Made by a program: the position numbers and the translations under genes. A stretch of DNA of 64,000 bases from Felis catus (Eukaryota), in the NCBI RefSeq assembly GCF_018350175.1, contig NC_058368.1:142788001-142852000 (forward strand), read 5' to 3'. Below, piece after piece: positions 1-13,028 of this stretch; the first letter of the stretch is position 1, and every line of letters starts with the position of its first letter. Under the pieces are notes generated by a model, which saw only the letters and a program-made list of their open reading frames with translations, did no database searches and was not told where the DNA came from.

Positions 1-147
1 GTATATATATACATATATATATAATTATACTATATAATATATATAATTATATATATAGTATAGTATACTATATATATAGTATAATTATGTATAGTATAAT
101 TATATATATATACATATATATGTGTGTGTGTGTATATATATATATAT
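1..147. repeat. Degenerate (TA)n/(TG)n low-complexity tract
   Basis: Direct reading of the sequence. Confidence 0.9.
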
Positions 148-1403
148 GGTTCCAGATTTCTGAAATTGATAGTCTAGATAAGAACAGCTATAGCCAACTC
201 ACATTGAAACTCTCTTGACTCCTTCATCTTTACCATTGCTTATCACCTCTTATCTCCTCAAAACCAACTAGATGAAAGTAGACAGTGGAAAATAGTGCCA
301 CTCCTAAAAAAAGATTTTGGCATAGCATTTTTTTGTGCATAACACTAAGGGGTGCCTGGCTGGTTCAGTCAGTAAAGCATGCAACTTTTGACTTTGGGGT
401 TGTGTGTTGGAGCCCCACGTTGGGTGTAGAGATTATTTTTTTTTAAATCTTTAAAAAAAAAACTAAGACAGCACACTGAAGTGTATACAGGTCAGTGAAT
501 TCTCACAAAGTGAACACCCATGTAACCACTACACAGGATGTTGGTATTACATTTTATCTCATTTCTTCTTTCCTTCCCTCTACCTTTCATACAGCCTGGG
601 ACTTAATGTTTGCACAATATTTACTGTATACAACAAGTGAATTGCATTCACTTTTTCTGTACTGAACACTGCATATCAATTTATTAAGTAGTTCTAAACC
701 AGTACTTTCTAACCATGCTTAAATACTTCAAACCAATGTGAACACTTCAAAAATTAAAAAGTCATGTGGTGTAACAACAACAACAAAAAAATAAGAACCT
801 ACTCTTACTAGATTAGAAAATGGAACTAATTTATAGGCCTATATTAATTTTTTAAGTGAAACACGTATCATTTTTAATACGTTAAATTAAAAGGGCATAT
901 AGTGAGAAGTAGGTTTCAATCCCTCTCCAGGGATATTAGTGTTACCCTTCCAGAGATAGTCTATACATACATAAATACAATTTAAATATTAAAAGTTTTT
1001 CTGGGGCACCTGGGTGGCTCAGTTGGTTGAGCGTCCGACTCTTAGTTATGGGCTCAGGTCATGACCGTGCAGTTTCATGAGTTCAAGCCATGTGTGGGGC
1101 TCTGCACTGGCAGCCCTCTCCCTCTCTCTCTGGCATCTCCCTTACTCACTCTCTCTCTCTCCCTCAAAAGTAAATAAACATTAAAAAAATAATAAAAGGG
1201 GCGCCTGGGTGGCTCAACCGGTTAGGCGTCCAACTTTGGCTCAGGTCATGATCTCACAGTTTGTGAGTTCGAGCCCCGCATCGGGCTCTGTGCTGACACC
1301 CCAGAACCTGGACCCTGCTTTGAATTCTGTGTCTTTTTCTCTGACCCTTTCCTGCTTGCACTCTTTCTCAAAAATAAACATTAAAAAATTTAAAAATAAT
1401 AAT

Positions 1404-1648
1404 GGGGCGCCTGGGTGGCGCAGTCAGTTAAGCGTCCGACTTCAGCCAGGTCACGATCTCGCAGTCTGTGAGTTCGAGCCCCGCGTCAGGCTCTGGGCTG
1501 ATGGCTCGGAGCCTGGAGCCTGTTTCCGATTCTGTGTCTCCCTCTCTCTCTGCCCCTCCCCCGTTCATGCTCTGTCTCTCTCTGTCCCAAAAATAAATAA
1601 AAAACGTTGAAAAAAAAATTTAAAAAATAAATAAATAAATAAATAAAT
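1404..1648 (+). mobile_element. Young felid CanSINE (SINEC_Fc type), third of a head-to-tail trio spanning 1003-1680
   Basis: ggggcgcctgggtggcgcagtc...cagccaggtcacgatctcgc...(CT)n, A-tail; TSD TTAAAAATAATAAT. Confidence 0.9.
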
Positions 1649-2799
1649 TTAAAAATAATAATAATAAAAATTTAAAAACCCTGCCTCTTTTTATGTGACA
1701 CAGTTATTTTTTTAGTAATAATCATGAAATAAGACAAAAACTAACCAGAAAAGAAACGCAGAGTGAGAATTTTCTATTAAACTTTGCATCATGCCAATAA
1801 AAGTAATAGGAAAAATAGAAGTTAAGTAAATATTATAGTAAATAATATTTTTATTAATATTTTTAAATTATATATAATTAATTATATTAATGTATATTAA
1901 TGTAATATTTTTAAATTATATTAATGTATTTTTGGAAAAGGAAAGTTGTTTTTTTCTTCCTTTTTTAATGTTTATTTATTTTTGAGAGACAGAGAAAAAG
2001 AGCAACTAGCGGGGTAGGGGCAGAGAGAGAGAGACACACACAGAGTGTGAAGTAGGCTCCAGGTTCTGAGCTGTCAGCACAGAATCCAACACGGAGCTCA
2101 AACTCACGAGCCATGAGATCACAGTCTGAACCGAAGTTGGATGCTCAACCAACTGAGCCACCCAGGTGCCCCCACGGGAAGTATTTTTTTCAAGTTTAGT
2201 TTTATTTATTTTGAGAGAAAGATAGAGAGCCAGCAGGGGAGGGGCAGAGAGAGAGAGAGACAGAATGCCAAGCAAGCTCCGCGCTGTCAGCACAGAGCCG
2301 GGTGAGGGGCACAAACTCAAGAACCCAACTGTGAGATCACGACATGAGCCGAAGTCAAGGGTCAAATGCCTAACCGACGGAGCCACCCAGATGCCCCTGA
2401 AAAAAGAAAGTATTTATACCAACATGTTGGTCTGTTATAATAAACTGGTTGCTATCTGTGAATAATAAAGTCACCTTTTCTGTTTAAGCCTTACACTTTG
2501 CAGTGACTTCACTGAAATTAATCTTCTTCATATATTAATGTTTAATCAACAGTATAACTAGATTTGTCCAGTTAACTCTGCACATAGTTGATTGAAGGAC
2601 ATATTTTAAGGTTTTAAATTTCAAACATTTGTTTTACATGAGCAACAGACGTACAAATAATTAGGAAAAGACTTTAACGTAATAAGTTTGACAGAAATTC
2701 ATAAAAATCCCCTTTCACAGCAAACTTCAGAAATGGCAGGACTATCTCTGTTTCTCTGGGGACAACTATACTGGTTTTCAAATATCCCTGCAATTGAAA

Positions 2800-2937
2800 A
2801 TTTTCTACTAAAATATTTTCAGCAGAAAATTCGTCATACATTTCTATTATATATATTATATATATTATACATTTTCCACTAAAATATCTTCAGAAAATTC
2901 ATCACACATTTCTTTTATATATATTATATATTATTAT
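2800..2937. repeat. Two-copy tandem duplication, unit about 70 bp
   Basis: attttctactaaaatattttcagcagaaaattcgtcatacatttctattatatatatt... versus attttccactaaaatatcttcagaaaattcatcacacatttcttttatatatatt... Confidence 0.8.
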
Positions 2938-3410
2938 ATTTCTATTCTATTATATATATAAGTATTATACATGGTTTTTCTTCATCTGCTAAAATCAGAG
3001 CAAACAGATGAACGATAATAAAGTTTGACATTATTTGATCTGCAGCTTTAAAACAAGAGCCCAATCATTGGTGCAAAAGATCAAGGCACTCAAATACTGC
3101 TTGGCTGATTTCTTCCAGCAATGTATGACCAATACCTTTTGTTGTTTCTCCTGACGTTCTTTGAAATTGGATTGTTTATTCTGAATAAATGACCATTTCC
3201 TGAGATTTTGTTACCGCATGGTTAATTACCTTATCCACAACTTTTATGTATTGCTGCTTTGATTAGAGTCTGACACAATAATATTTTATGTAAATAATTT
3301 GTCCAGTAACTAATAAGTTACTGAGAAGTCACAACATAGGTAACTAATAAACTATGCCACTGATGATTATATTTTCTTTTTTTTTTTTTAGTTTTTTTAA
3401 TGTTTATTTA

Positions 3411-3631
3411 GTTTTGAATTTTTTTTTTCAATGTTTATTTATTTTTGGGACAGAGAGAGACAGAGCATGAACGGGGGAGGGGCAGAGAGAGAGGGAGACA
3501 CAGAATCGGAAACAGGCTCCAGGCTCTGAGCCATCAGCCCAGAGCCCGACGCGGGGCTCGAACTCACAGACCGCGAGATCGTGACCTGGCTGAAGTCGGA
3601 CGCTTAACCGACTGCGCCACCCAGGCGCCCC
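3411..3631 (-). mobile_element. Young SINEC_Fc nested in the tail of an older CanSINE (3376-3833)
   Basis: CpG-rich, near-consensus copy; TSD TAATGTTTATTTA at 3398-3410 and 3632-3644. Confidence 0.9.
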
Positions 3632-4799
3632 TAATGTTTATTTATTTTTGACAGAGAGAGAAAGAGCAGGAGCAGGAGAGGGGCAGAGAAAGAGGAAGAC
3701 ACAGAATCTGAAGCAGGCTCCAGGCTCTGAGCTGTCAGCACAAAGTCCAATGCAGGGCTCAAACTCACAGACTGCGAGATCATGACCTGAGCTGAAGTCG
3801 GACGCGTAATGGACTAAGCCCCCCAGGCGCCCCTATATTTTGTTAGTTCTGTCTTTAACTTTAACGATTAACAGTTTAAAAAGAAGAAATTTGAATTTTA
3901 AAGATAGTATTCAAAACCACTAAAGTATTTCATGTGTGAACTAAAATCTGCACTCACTCAACGCGATATTGTGCCTCACAATTTGCCCTCTGTTTCATAA
4001 TAAACACTAATGGAAACCCTCAGTGATCACATGGAATAACAGAATTGAAAAAACTCAACTTCTGCTGCTTTGTATTTACAAGCACTCAACTGTTTCAGCG
4101 TGGGATAACCAGGTCCACAGGGAATGAAGACCCAACCTGTGCGTGAAGTAAGCTTGAATGATTCCAACAGTAAAGAACTTACTCTTGGAATGAGCACACA
4201 CAGCTAAGTCTGTTAGTGGTAAGGACCAGTGGTGTAACTGGAGCTTCTCTAAATTAATTTCCATGTGGAACAGAATGTTTAAAAAGATAAGTAATAAAAC
4301 TGCACCGATTTGAAGTAGATAGATGATCAAAACACCAATAACTGCAACAACAAATGATTTAGCCTAAAAAAGTATTTTTAGGGGGAAGAGGATTTGACAT
4401 AATGAAATAAAGAGAACTGAGATAACTAATGGTGTCATTGAGCCTGCCTCTCATCTTCTTACTGTGCAAAAGAAACTTCTCACTATGCGATTTATTAAAA
4501 CAATTGATTGCTTAAACTGCTGTTCGTGGGCTATTTTCATACTTGCAGCTGAAAGCTTCCAAACTGATACCTTCTGTACGTGAGTAGGAAACTGCTCCTA
4601 GATAATAAGAGTCTGTGTTCCATATCTCCAACTCCTTACTTCCTAGTCCTTTTTGGTTTTCTTTTTCTCTTTCTTTTCTTTCTTTCTTTCTTTTTCTTTT
4701 TCTTTCTCTCTCTCTTTCTCTTTCACTTCTTTCTTATTTCTCTCTTTCTCTCTTTTTTTTTTTTTTGAGAGAGAGCACTTGGGAGAGGGATGAGGGGTG

Positions 4800-4856
<57 letters not shown>

Positions 4857-7635
4857 TCTAAAGCACGATCCACGCTCAGCATGGAGCCTGATGCGGGGCT
4901 CAATACCATGACCCTGGGATCATGACCTGAGCCGAAATCAAGATGCTCAATCGACTGAACCACCCAGGTGCCCCAGTTTTTTGTTTGTTTGTTTGTTTGT
5001 TTGTTTGTTTGTTTGTTTGTTTCAGTAATCTCTATACCCAACATGGGGCTCAAACTCACAACCCCGAGATTAAGAGTCACTTGCTCTTCTAACTGAGCCA
5101 ACCAGGTGCTCCCTTCCTAGTCCTTTTTCAATACCCCTGAAATAGCTCAGGCCAATGGCACCAACCATGTTCCGTTGCTTAACCTTACGGGCACTTTTTG
5201 GCCCTTAATTTTATGTGACATCTGGTATCTTTGGACACCGTTTGCCCTCCTCTCCTTCTCAAAATGTTCTCTCACTTGGCTTTCATGACACCTCAGTATG
5301 TAAGTAAATATACACCTGGTTTTGTTAGTTAAATGCTTGACCTCTCTGGTCTATAAACTCCACGAAGGCAGGGACCATGTCTGTTCACTGCTTTCCCAGT
5401 GCCTGGGCTGTCGAAAGTACTCGATGAACATGTGTAGGAGTAACCCCTCCTTTTTTTTTTTTTAACTTTTTAAATGTTTTTATTTTATTTTTGAGAGAGA
5501 GGGAGACAGAGTGCAAGTGGGAGAGGGGCAGAGAGAGAGGGAGACACAGAATCCGAAGCAGTCTCCAGGCTCTCAGCTGTGGGCACAGAGCCTGATGTGT
5601 GGCTTGAACTTGCAGACCATGAGATCATGACCTGAGCTGAAGTCAGATGCTTAACTGACTGAGCCACCCAGGTGCCCAGGAGTAACCACTCCTATGCTCC
5701 AGGGCATGCTAACACTTGTAAAATCTATACCTAGAGAATATGTAATTAAGTAATGTGTTACCCCTCTATAATTCCTAAAATAGCTTCTATAAACTACTGA
5801 AGTACTCTGGAGATTCATTAATGCCAGACAGATAAGCAAAACCAAGATAATTTTTATTTTTACATGACAGTTCATCAGAAGAAGAGTTTGATTTAGGGTT
5901 GTTTTTATGAGACTTTGGCTAAAAGATGCTGTTTGTATAAATGAAACTTTCTTCCTCTCGCAGGTACTTTGTTTCCTAATAATGTCAATCTTTTTGTTCA
6001 ATTCAAACATGCATAAAGTCCTCTTAGTAATGTTCCAAAATCTGTTTGCTATTTAATGTGCCATACGGCATACTTAAAAATGGGTTTATCTGTCACCTTT
6101 CCCGTCAATAGAAAAGGAGTGAGACATAGATTAGTTAGATGTGAACATTAGCAACATAACAACGTCTGTAAATGTTTTGATAATGTGTTGACTAGAAAGT
6201 GTTTTTGCAGTTCTAAGAAGCTCTCCTGGCTCAAGGGAAGAAAGCGCCCATCATTCACCATCACATTCTTGCACATTCTTTCCTAAGCTGTAGACACGGA
6301 CTTTTACACATCAGTAGCGTACTTTGAAGCATGCTGGTTGTTTGCTCTTCATGGCTGACACCAATGCTGGAACAATTCCTCTGAGGCCTCTCTCAGTATA
6401 TGGTCCCGTCTCCAGCAGCTGGTGGTTTTAGTGTGGCTCTTTTGAGTCAAGGTGTTCACCTACCAACTGGCTGATGGGCCCTCCATTGGGAACTGACAGC
6501 TTCAGAATCTGGTCTTTCTCTCAGGGCCACTCCTCTTCTCAGGAGCTCTGGTTACCCCAAGGCTTCTCTTTCATCTTCTTTTCTTCATCTTTTCAGCTTC
6601 AGCTTTCAGTCCTAATCATTTTATTTGGATGTTTCACACTTGAAACTCCCATGGGATGAAGTCTGGTTAATCTGGTCCATCTTTTCATGGCCACATTGTG
6701 TTAGTCGGTCATTAACACAGGTCAGCCTGTGCATTGGCTGAGGCCAAACCTGGCACCTAGGCCAGGCCCACTGGCTGGGTTGGTGTGGGAGTGCCAGGGT
6801 GACTTAATAGCACCCAACATACCACAAAAGAATGAGCACAACTTCTTAAGGAAATCAGGAAATACATTTCTTTTATACCATGAGTAGGATTTTTCTTTTT
6901 TAATGTTTATTTTTTATTTTCTTTTTATGCTTTTATTAATTTTTGAGAGAAAGAGAGACAGAGCATGAGCAGGGGAGGGACAGAGAGAGGGAGACACAGA
7001 ATACAAAGCAGGATCCAGGCTATGAGCTGTCAGAACAGAGCCTGATGCAGGATTCGAACTCAACAAACTGTGAGATCATGACCTGAGCCAAAATCGGACG
7101 CTCAACCAACAGAGCATCAGGCACCCCAATGTTTATTTATTTTTGAGAGAGAGAGAGAGAGAGAGAGACAGGGCACAAGCAGGGGATGGGCAGAGAGAGA
7201 GGGATACACAGAATCCAAAGCAAGCTCCAGGCTCAGACGCACAGCACAGCAAAGAGCCCGAAGTGGGGCTCAAACCCATGAGTCATGAGATCATGACCTG
7301 CGCTAAAGTCAGATGCTTAACTGATTGAGCCACCCAAGTGCTCCTGGGCAGGATTTCTTTAAACATTTAATATTCACCTAAATTTTCTATGCTTTTTATT
7401 GATCTGCTTTAGTGCTATATTAATAGGACATGAATTCAATGTTGTGCTTTCATCATTAATTAATGCATAAAAAAAACCTCCTGGAATTGTCTATTTTTCA
7501 GAGAAGAAATTCAGAGATGGGAAATAAGTACCTTAATGGTTACAGGGCTACAGACAGAGAATGAGAAGTGGGATCTCCCAGGTAAAGGGTTTAGCCAGCA
7601 CCTAATATCCAAACTGAGAGAGTGGATCTGGAGGG

Positions 7636-8103
7636 TTTTTTTAAATTGAGGTATAATTGGTTCATACAGTTAGTTTCAGGTGTGCAAATAATGATTCGAT
7701 ATTTATATACACTGTGAAATATCCCCACCAGTTGAGCTACCATCCATCACATCATCACAAAGTTACATTTTTTTCTTGCGATAAGAACTCTTAAGATGTA
7801 CTCTCTGAGCCACTTTAAGATACGCCATGCTATATTAACACTATTCACCATGATCTCCATTACATCCCCAAGGCTTATTTATAGCTGGAAGTTTGTACCT
7901 CTTGACCCCCTTCATCCATTTTGCCCCCCACCAACACCTCTTCACTGTGGCAACCACCAATTTGTTCTCTGTATCTGAGTTTTGTAATGTTTGTTCATTT
8001 TGTTTCTTAGATTCTGCATAGAAGTGAAATTATATGGTACGGTAGTTCTATTTTTACTTTCTTGAGGAACCTCCATACTGTTTTCCATGGTGACTGCACC
8101 AAG
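7636..8103 (-). mobile_element. L1 3' end fragment (L1_Carn/L1MA-like)
   Basis: Antisense L1 3' terminus ttttaaattgaggtataattg...tttcaggtgtgcaa...; gaggaacctccatactgttttccatggtgactgcacc. Confidence 0.8.
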
Positions 8104-9218
8104 ATAATATTCTTGATAATTAGGAAGCTATCAAGATTATCAAATTTTGTTACCGAGAAAATTTCCCTCTTTTCTCATGTAAAATAAAGACACATGGAAG
8201 GGAAATTAATGGTCTGCCGGACTTCTAATATATGATTGCTTTAATGAAACATTTTAAACGTATGTATGCTTGGCATCTTTGCAACACTTACAAGTTAAGA
8301 AATTATTTTATAATCTGTTCTAATTACAGAATTTTACGTCTCACATCCAACTTTAATACCCAGGAAAAGCTCAATAAATGTTTAACAAATGTGTGTCTAA
8401 CAAATTTTAAGTGATAAGTTACCTTTTACCAAAAAAAGGTTGATTTGTTCAGTCCACTGAATTTAATTTCAAAAAATTTATGAGGGAATTATTTCGAAAT
8501 GGATTTTTTTCTTGCTGTACATAGTGCTAAGGGCCATTCTGTCATCTCTTTAGCTCTTGTTTGACCTGCTTTGTCAGATGCTTCGTGAAATGATATTCAG
8601 AACGGCACATGTGATGTCAACTTGCATTAATTCTTTCCCAAAGAGAGGTGTTCAGTATTCAAACTGTGTTTTTACTGGCACAATCTATGTTTCAGCTTCA
8701 TTTCAAAAGGTCTTCAAGCAATGCTTCCTTTGGAAGCCTGTTCTTTTTGCAACCACTCTTTTAAAACAACCTTTGGAAGGACAATAATGATGTCCCATAA
8801 TACCGCTTTCAGGGAATTCATTAGGAAAATAAGTGTTTCAGAGAGTTGAATAACAATTTATGTATCAATATTAAATTTTACTGTTTTCACTGTAATACGT
8901 TATAAAAATTAAAACTATCCCTTATTCAACTACTGTTTCCTAATGAAACACACCAATGAATAGTATTGCATTTGTTTTTATGTAGAACAATTAGTTTGTT
9001 GTCAGGTAACAAGAACCATATGCAGATGCTCTTACAATTATATAATTTCCTCTAATTCAGTTATAATAGTGATTGTATATTCGCAAACACCTAAATGTTT
9101 TGCTGAATTTCATAAACAATATAGGGTAATAAAAACATTCATTTCAAATACCTTCATTTGAAAGAACAAAGTACAGCACTAATCCATTTTTCTTCCTTGT
9201 TTAGAAAAGAATTGTTAT

Positions 9219-9224
9219 TTTATT
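9219..9224 (-). terminator. Candidate polyadenylation signal for DMGDH
   Basis: AATAAA on the minus strand (tttatt on +), about 165 nt downstream of the stop codon. Confidence 0.55.
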
Positions 9225-9387
9225 AAGATGAGAAATCTAGATTTTGATGATTTTGAATGAATTATTCAAATTATTCATTTGAATGAACCCATGAATTATT
9301 GGTTTCTTGTATTCCCCCCCAAAACTCAGTTATGATTTTTGGTAGTCATAGAGCAAACATAATTCAATTGCCTGCTGAGGGTCTTTT

Positions 9388-9603
9388 TCAAATTTTGTCC
9401 TTTCCATTTTTCTTCCGAAGCCGGTTTCTGGCTGGTTCTGTCAATACCAAGGGTTCCTGTATGACGGTTGCCGGATAATTTGTGCCTAACAGTTCAACTT
9501 CCACCTGTTGTCCTACTTTACTTAGCTCAACAGGCACATAGGCAAACGCCAGACTCTTCTGGACGCTGTAACTGTAGCTTCCAGACGTCGTGTTGCCAAC
9601 CAC
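9388..9603 (-). CDS. DMGDH: DMGDH last coding exon 16 (216 nt including TGA)
   Basis: [71 protein letters not shown]; ttttcag acceptor. Confidence 0.97.
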   Translation of the reverse strand: MVGNTTSGSYSYSVQKSLAFAYVPVELSKVGQQVEVELLGTNYPATVIQEPLVLTEPARNRLRKKNGKDKI

Positions 9604-10540
9604 CTGAAAAACAAGACCCAGCCATCCTCAGCAGCTTGGCCACAGCCTTGTGCTCCTCCTCTCCAGACTGAACTCTGAAAAAATAGGTTTGCCTTACAAT
9701 CTGAAAGTTTTAGGGGATACTGTTTATGGGGCTAACAGCGGGCAGAAAATATTCTCATAAGTGAACTTAGGCTTACAAATTATGAAAAATAATTCTCAAA
9801 ATAAATCATCAACAGTACTCTCACACTTCTCACTTTTAGGTAAGAACACCTGGTTTTTTTGAGTAGCTGGCACTATTTTGCTCAGTTTGGTGGCAAGAGA
9901 TCTGATGGGAGGAAGACTCAAATATTTTTGCTTTAAATTTGAAAAGCACTATCTTCCAACCAGCTTGGCAATAATAGATACAAGGGAAAATTCCTAATAA
10001 TCCAAATGTAAATTTACTCAAGTGTTCCTCTTGTGGTTTAGGATACGGCCTGCCAAAATAGTGGTGAAATAAACTATTGATACATCAGTAGTCAATGTGA
10101 AGCGAAATTTCTCTATGAATATATAGCATTTAGCGATTCCTGGAGATGGCGAGGCCCTTAAATTAATGTCAACTTTGCCCTCTCTAGATCTACCAGGTAG
10201 AAAACATTTTGCTGAGCATTCTAGAAAATGACTGAGGTCTGGTTCCTACCCTCACGAGCTTCTAGCCTAGCTGAGAAATTAACACAGAGATGCAGGAAAA
10301 TATAACCAGGGAGCCAAGAAAGTCAACATAATTAAGCCAGGATTTGTTCTACATTTTGAAGGTGGGTGGAATTAGTAGGTATATAAGGGGGACGAAAGTT
10401 TGCAGGACGAGTGGAGACATGGAATTAGGCATGAGCAATCAAAATTAGGGAGGTTGAAATGGAATAAACTGGGATGGTAAACCGGAGAAAAGCACTGAGC
10501 AAACAAACAAAACCTAGGAGATGAAAACAAAGCCTTTATG

Positions 10541-10544
<4 letters not shown>

Positions 10545-10583
<39 letters not shown>
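10545..10583 (+). repeat. Pure A39 homopolymer
   Basis: Direct count; no SINE body in front of it. Confidence 0.9.
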
Positions 10584-10586
<3 letters not shown>

Positions 10587-12411
10587 CATCAGGCTTCTTA
10601 CAAAGATAAGAGAATGAGTGGAAACTAGATCTGAAGGAAAAGATGAAAGAGAAACAGTATAATGCAAAAAAAAAAAAAAAAAGCAATACAACAACATCAG
10701 GTTAAAACACCACATTTGAAAAAATGTAAAAGGAAGACAACAAAAGCAAAATATGATAAATAGCCCTACTCAAAATGGCTTCTCCTGGCTACACAGCGTT
10801 GCACTAATCCTTACAGCCTCCCTGTTTCACACAGTGGGCTGCTTGTAGCTGGTGCTGAAAAATATTCATGGACATGAATCGGCCAGTGATCTTTCAGCTG
10901 CCTCAGCAAAGAGTCCACTACAATCAACAGTCTTATTATAGCATTTCTAGTCTTTGAGATGCTGACACATTTATGACAGTGAGTACAGACTCCTAGCTCT
11001 GTGGTCCCAGTTTGTAATTATCTCACTGAATCCCCAAATCAGAAACCTCTCCATATCATTTCTGAACTTATTATGGGGAGAACTGGTTGATTAAAAAACA
11101 AACAAACATGAATGCATTCATTAGTAAAAGCTGTTTCTCTGGCAGGTTATTAACTGCCAAGATATTGCTGAGAGAACACATATGCTTTAAAACGGTTTTT
11201 CTCTTTTAGATCATAGTTAAGTAATATAAGGCAGGGCTTTGGGTCAGGAAGGTTGGAGTTTTAATCACAGCTCCTTGAAAGACTTTCTGGGTAATCTTGG
11301 TTTCACTTCCTAGTCTGTAAACCTGAGGTCTGTGTTTGGAGCCCTGGAGAGGTGACCTGATTTGCTTGGGCCTCTTAAGAATATAAGAAGAGGTCAGACC
11401 AAGTCTCTTGGCCAAAGCCCCTAACTCAATGGGTCAAAACCCCACATCCTTCTTCAGAGATTCCCCAGGCCTTCCCATCTCTTAAAATCCCAGCAGTGAT
11501 TCATCTCGCAGTTATGCCTGCATGAGTAACGTAAAGAAATAGTGTATTTATTGCAAGAGTGCTATTTTTTTTAAATATTTATTGAATGCATTGCTTTCTG
11601 CTAGATTACTTTCATTTCCCCTTTAATTTCTCTCTAATTCAGTGCTGAGTAACCCGAGTATTTCCCAAGTCTGGCCTTTCCTTTTATCTCATTATGAAAT
11701 CTCTAAGGAAAGGTTTTTCCTAGCAACAGTTTTATATCCTTCTACCTTAAAATATTCCAGATTCAATTAAATCTATTTCTTCTCTTTGCTCAGTGAATCA
11801 CAAGAACAACCTGTGCCCACCTTCTGCCTAGTAGATTTTCATATTCTTTGTTAATCACAGGCTCTCCTTTTACCAATATAAGCAATCCTCATTTATGTTT
11901 AGCCTTGTCTCATTCCTCCCTTTGTGAGAATTAAAGGCACCTCTGGCTTAGGGGAGGTAACATGGTAGGTGGCCTTTGAAAGAGAGAACATAATTTAAAT
12001 TGGATGATACATGGTGTTTCTTTGGCTGTCTCTGTGTGTTTTCGTTTGTAAATAATAAAAAAAGATAGCTTTCTCAACTCTCCAAACTTCATTTCTACCA
12101 CACATCTTTAAAACTTCCCAGCAAAGCTGCTTTTATAACAGAAGCCCTTTGCATGCCCACTCTTTTTCAAAAATTAAATCTTATTTAAAATCCTAATCTC
12201 TCCTTCCATCACTGCCCATCTCTCAATTGGACTTTACTTTTCCCCAGGGCACTCATCACCCTCAGATGTGCCATTTTATTTCATTTAGTATGTTCATTGT
12301 CTACTCTCTCTCCCCTGGGACGTAAGACCCATGGAGGCAGAGATGCTTGTCTGTTTTATGCACTGCCGCATCCCCATTGCCTAGAAAATATTTGCAAGAA
12401 TAGAATACCAA

Positions 12412-12637
12412 GGGGGGCGCCTGGGTGGCGCAGTCGGTTAAGCGTCCGACTTCAGCCAGGTCACGATCTCGCGGTCAGTGAGTTCGAGCCCCGCGTCAGG
12501 CTCTGGGCTGATGGCTCGGAGCCTGGAGCCTGTTGCCGATTCTGTGTCTCCCTCTCTCTCTGCCCCTCCCCCGTTCATGCTCTGTCTCTCTCTGTCCCAA
12601 AATAAATAAACGTTGAAAAAAAAAATTAAAAAAAAAA
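12412..12637 (+). mobile_element. Young SINEC_Fc
   Basis: Near-consensus with CpGs intact; 16-bp TSD AAGAATAGAATACCAA. Confidence 0.93.
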
Positions 12638-12967
12638 AAGAATAGAATACCAAATACCAAAGGCAGTACAAGTCTCAACAAAGTCAGGAAGTAAGAACAA
12701 AAAGTATGTCATCTCATTCCAGAGTATAAAGAGGATCCAGGAGATTCATCTGCAGGATGAGACGATCACCCTACTGAGCAACAAAGAGGAGACAAGTGGA
12801 TATCAGGAAATTCAAGGGATATTTGATTTATAAAGCCAACTACAACCGGATTAAAAGCTCTGTAAGCAGATGGCATATGGGAAGAAAGATGAAAAATATA
12901 GCATGTAAACTCAGTGCACAGAAACAGCAAAGGAAGTAAAATTCAAAAAGGAACTGGGGTTTCCAGG

Positions 12968-13028
12968 TCCCGCCTTCCCAGCTTTGAGATATAGTTGGCA
13001 TGTAATGTTGTGTAAGTTTAAGGTACAA
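12968..13028 (-). mobile_element. Extremely truncated L1 3' tip (about 60 bp)
   Basis: ttcccagctttgagatatagttggcatgtaatgttgtgtaagtttaaggtacaa resembles the carnivore L1 3' end; 9-bp TSD GTTTCCAGG at 12959-12967 and 13029-13037. Confidence 0.7.

Noticed and set aside
348..460. tRNA-like sequence with A/B boxes
   Set aside because: Head of a short CanSINE with a TSD, not a functional tRNA
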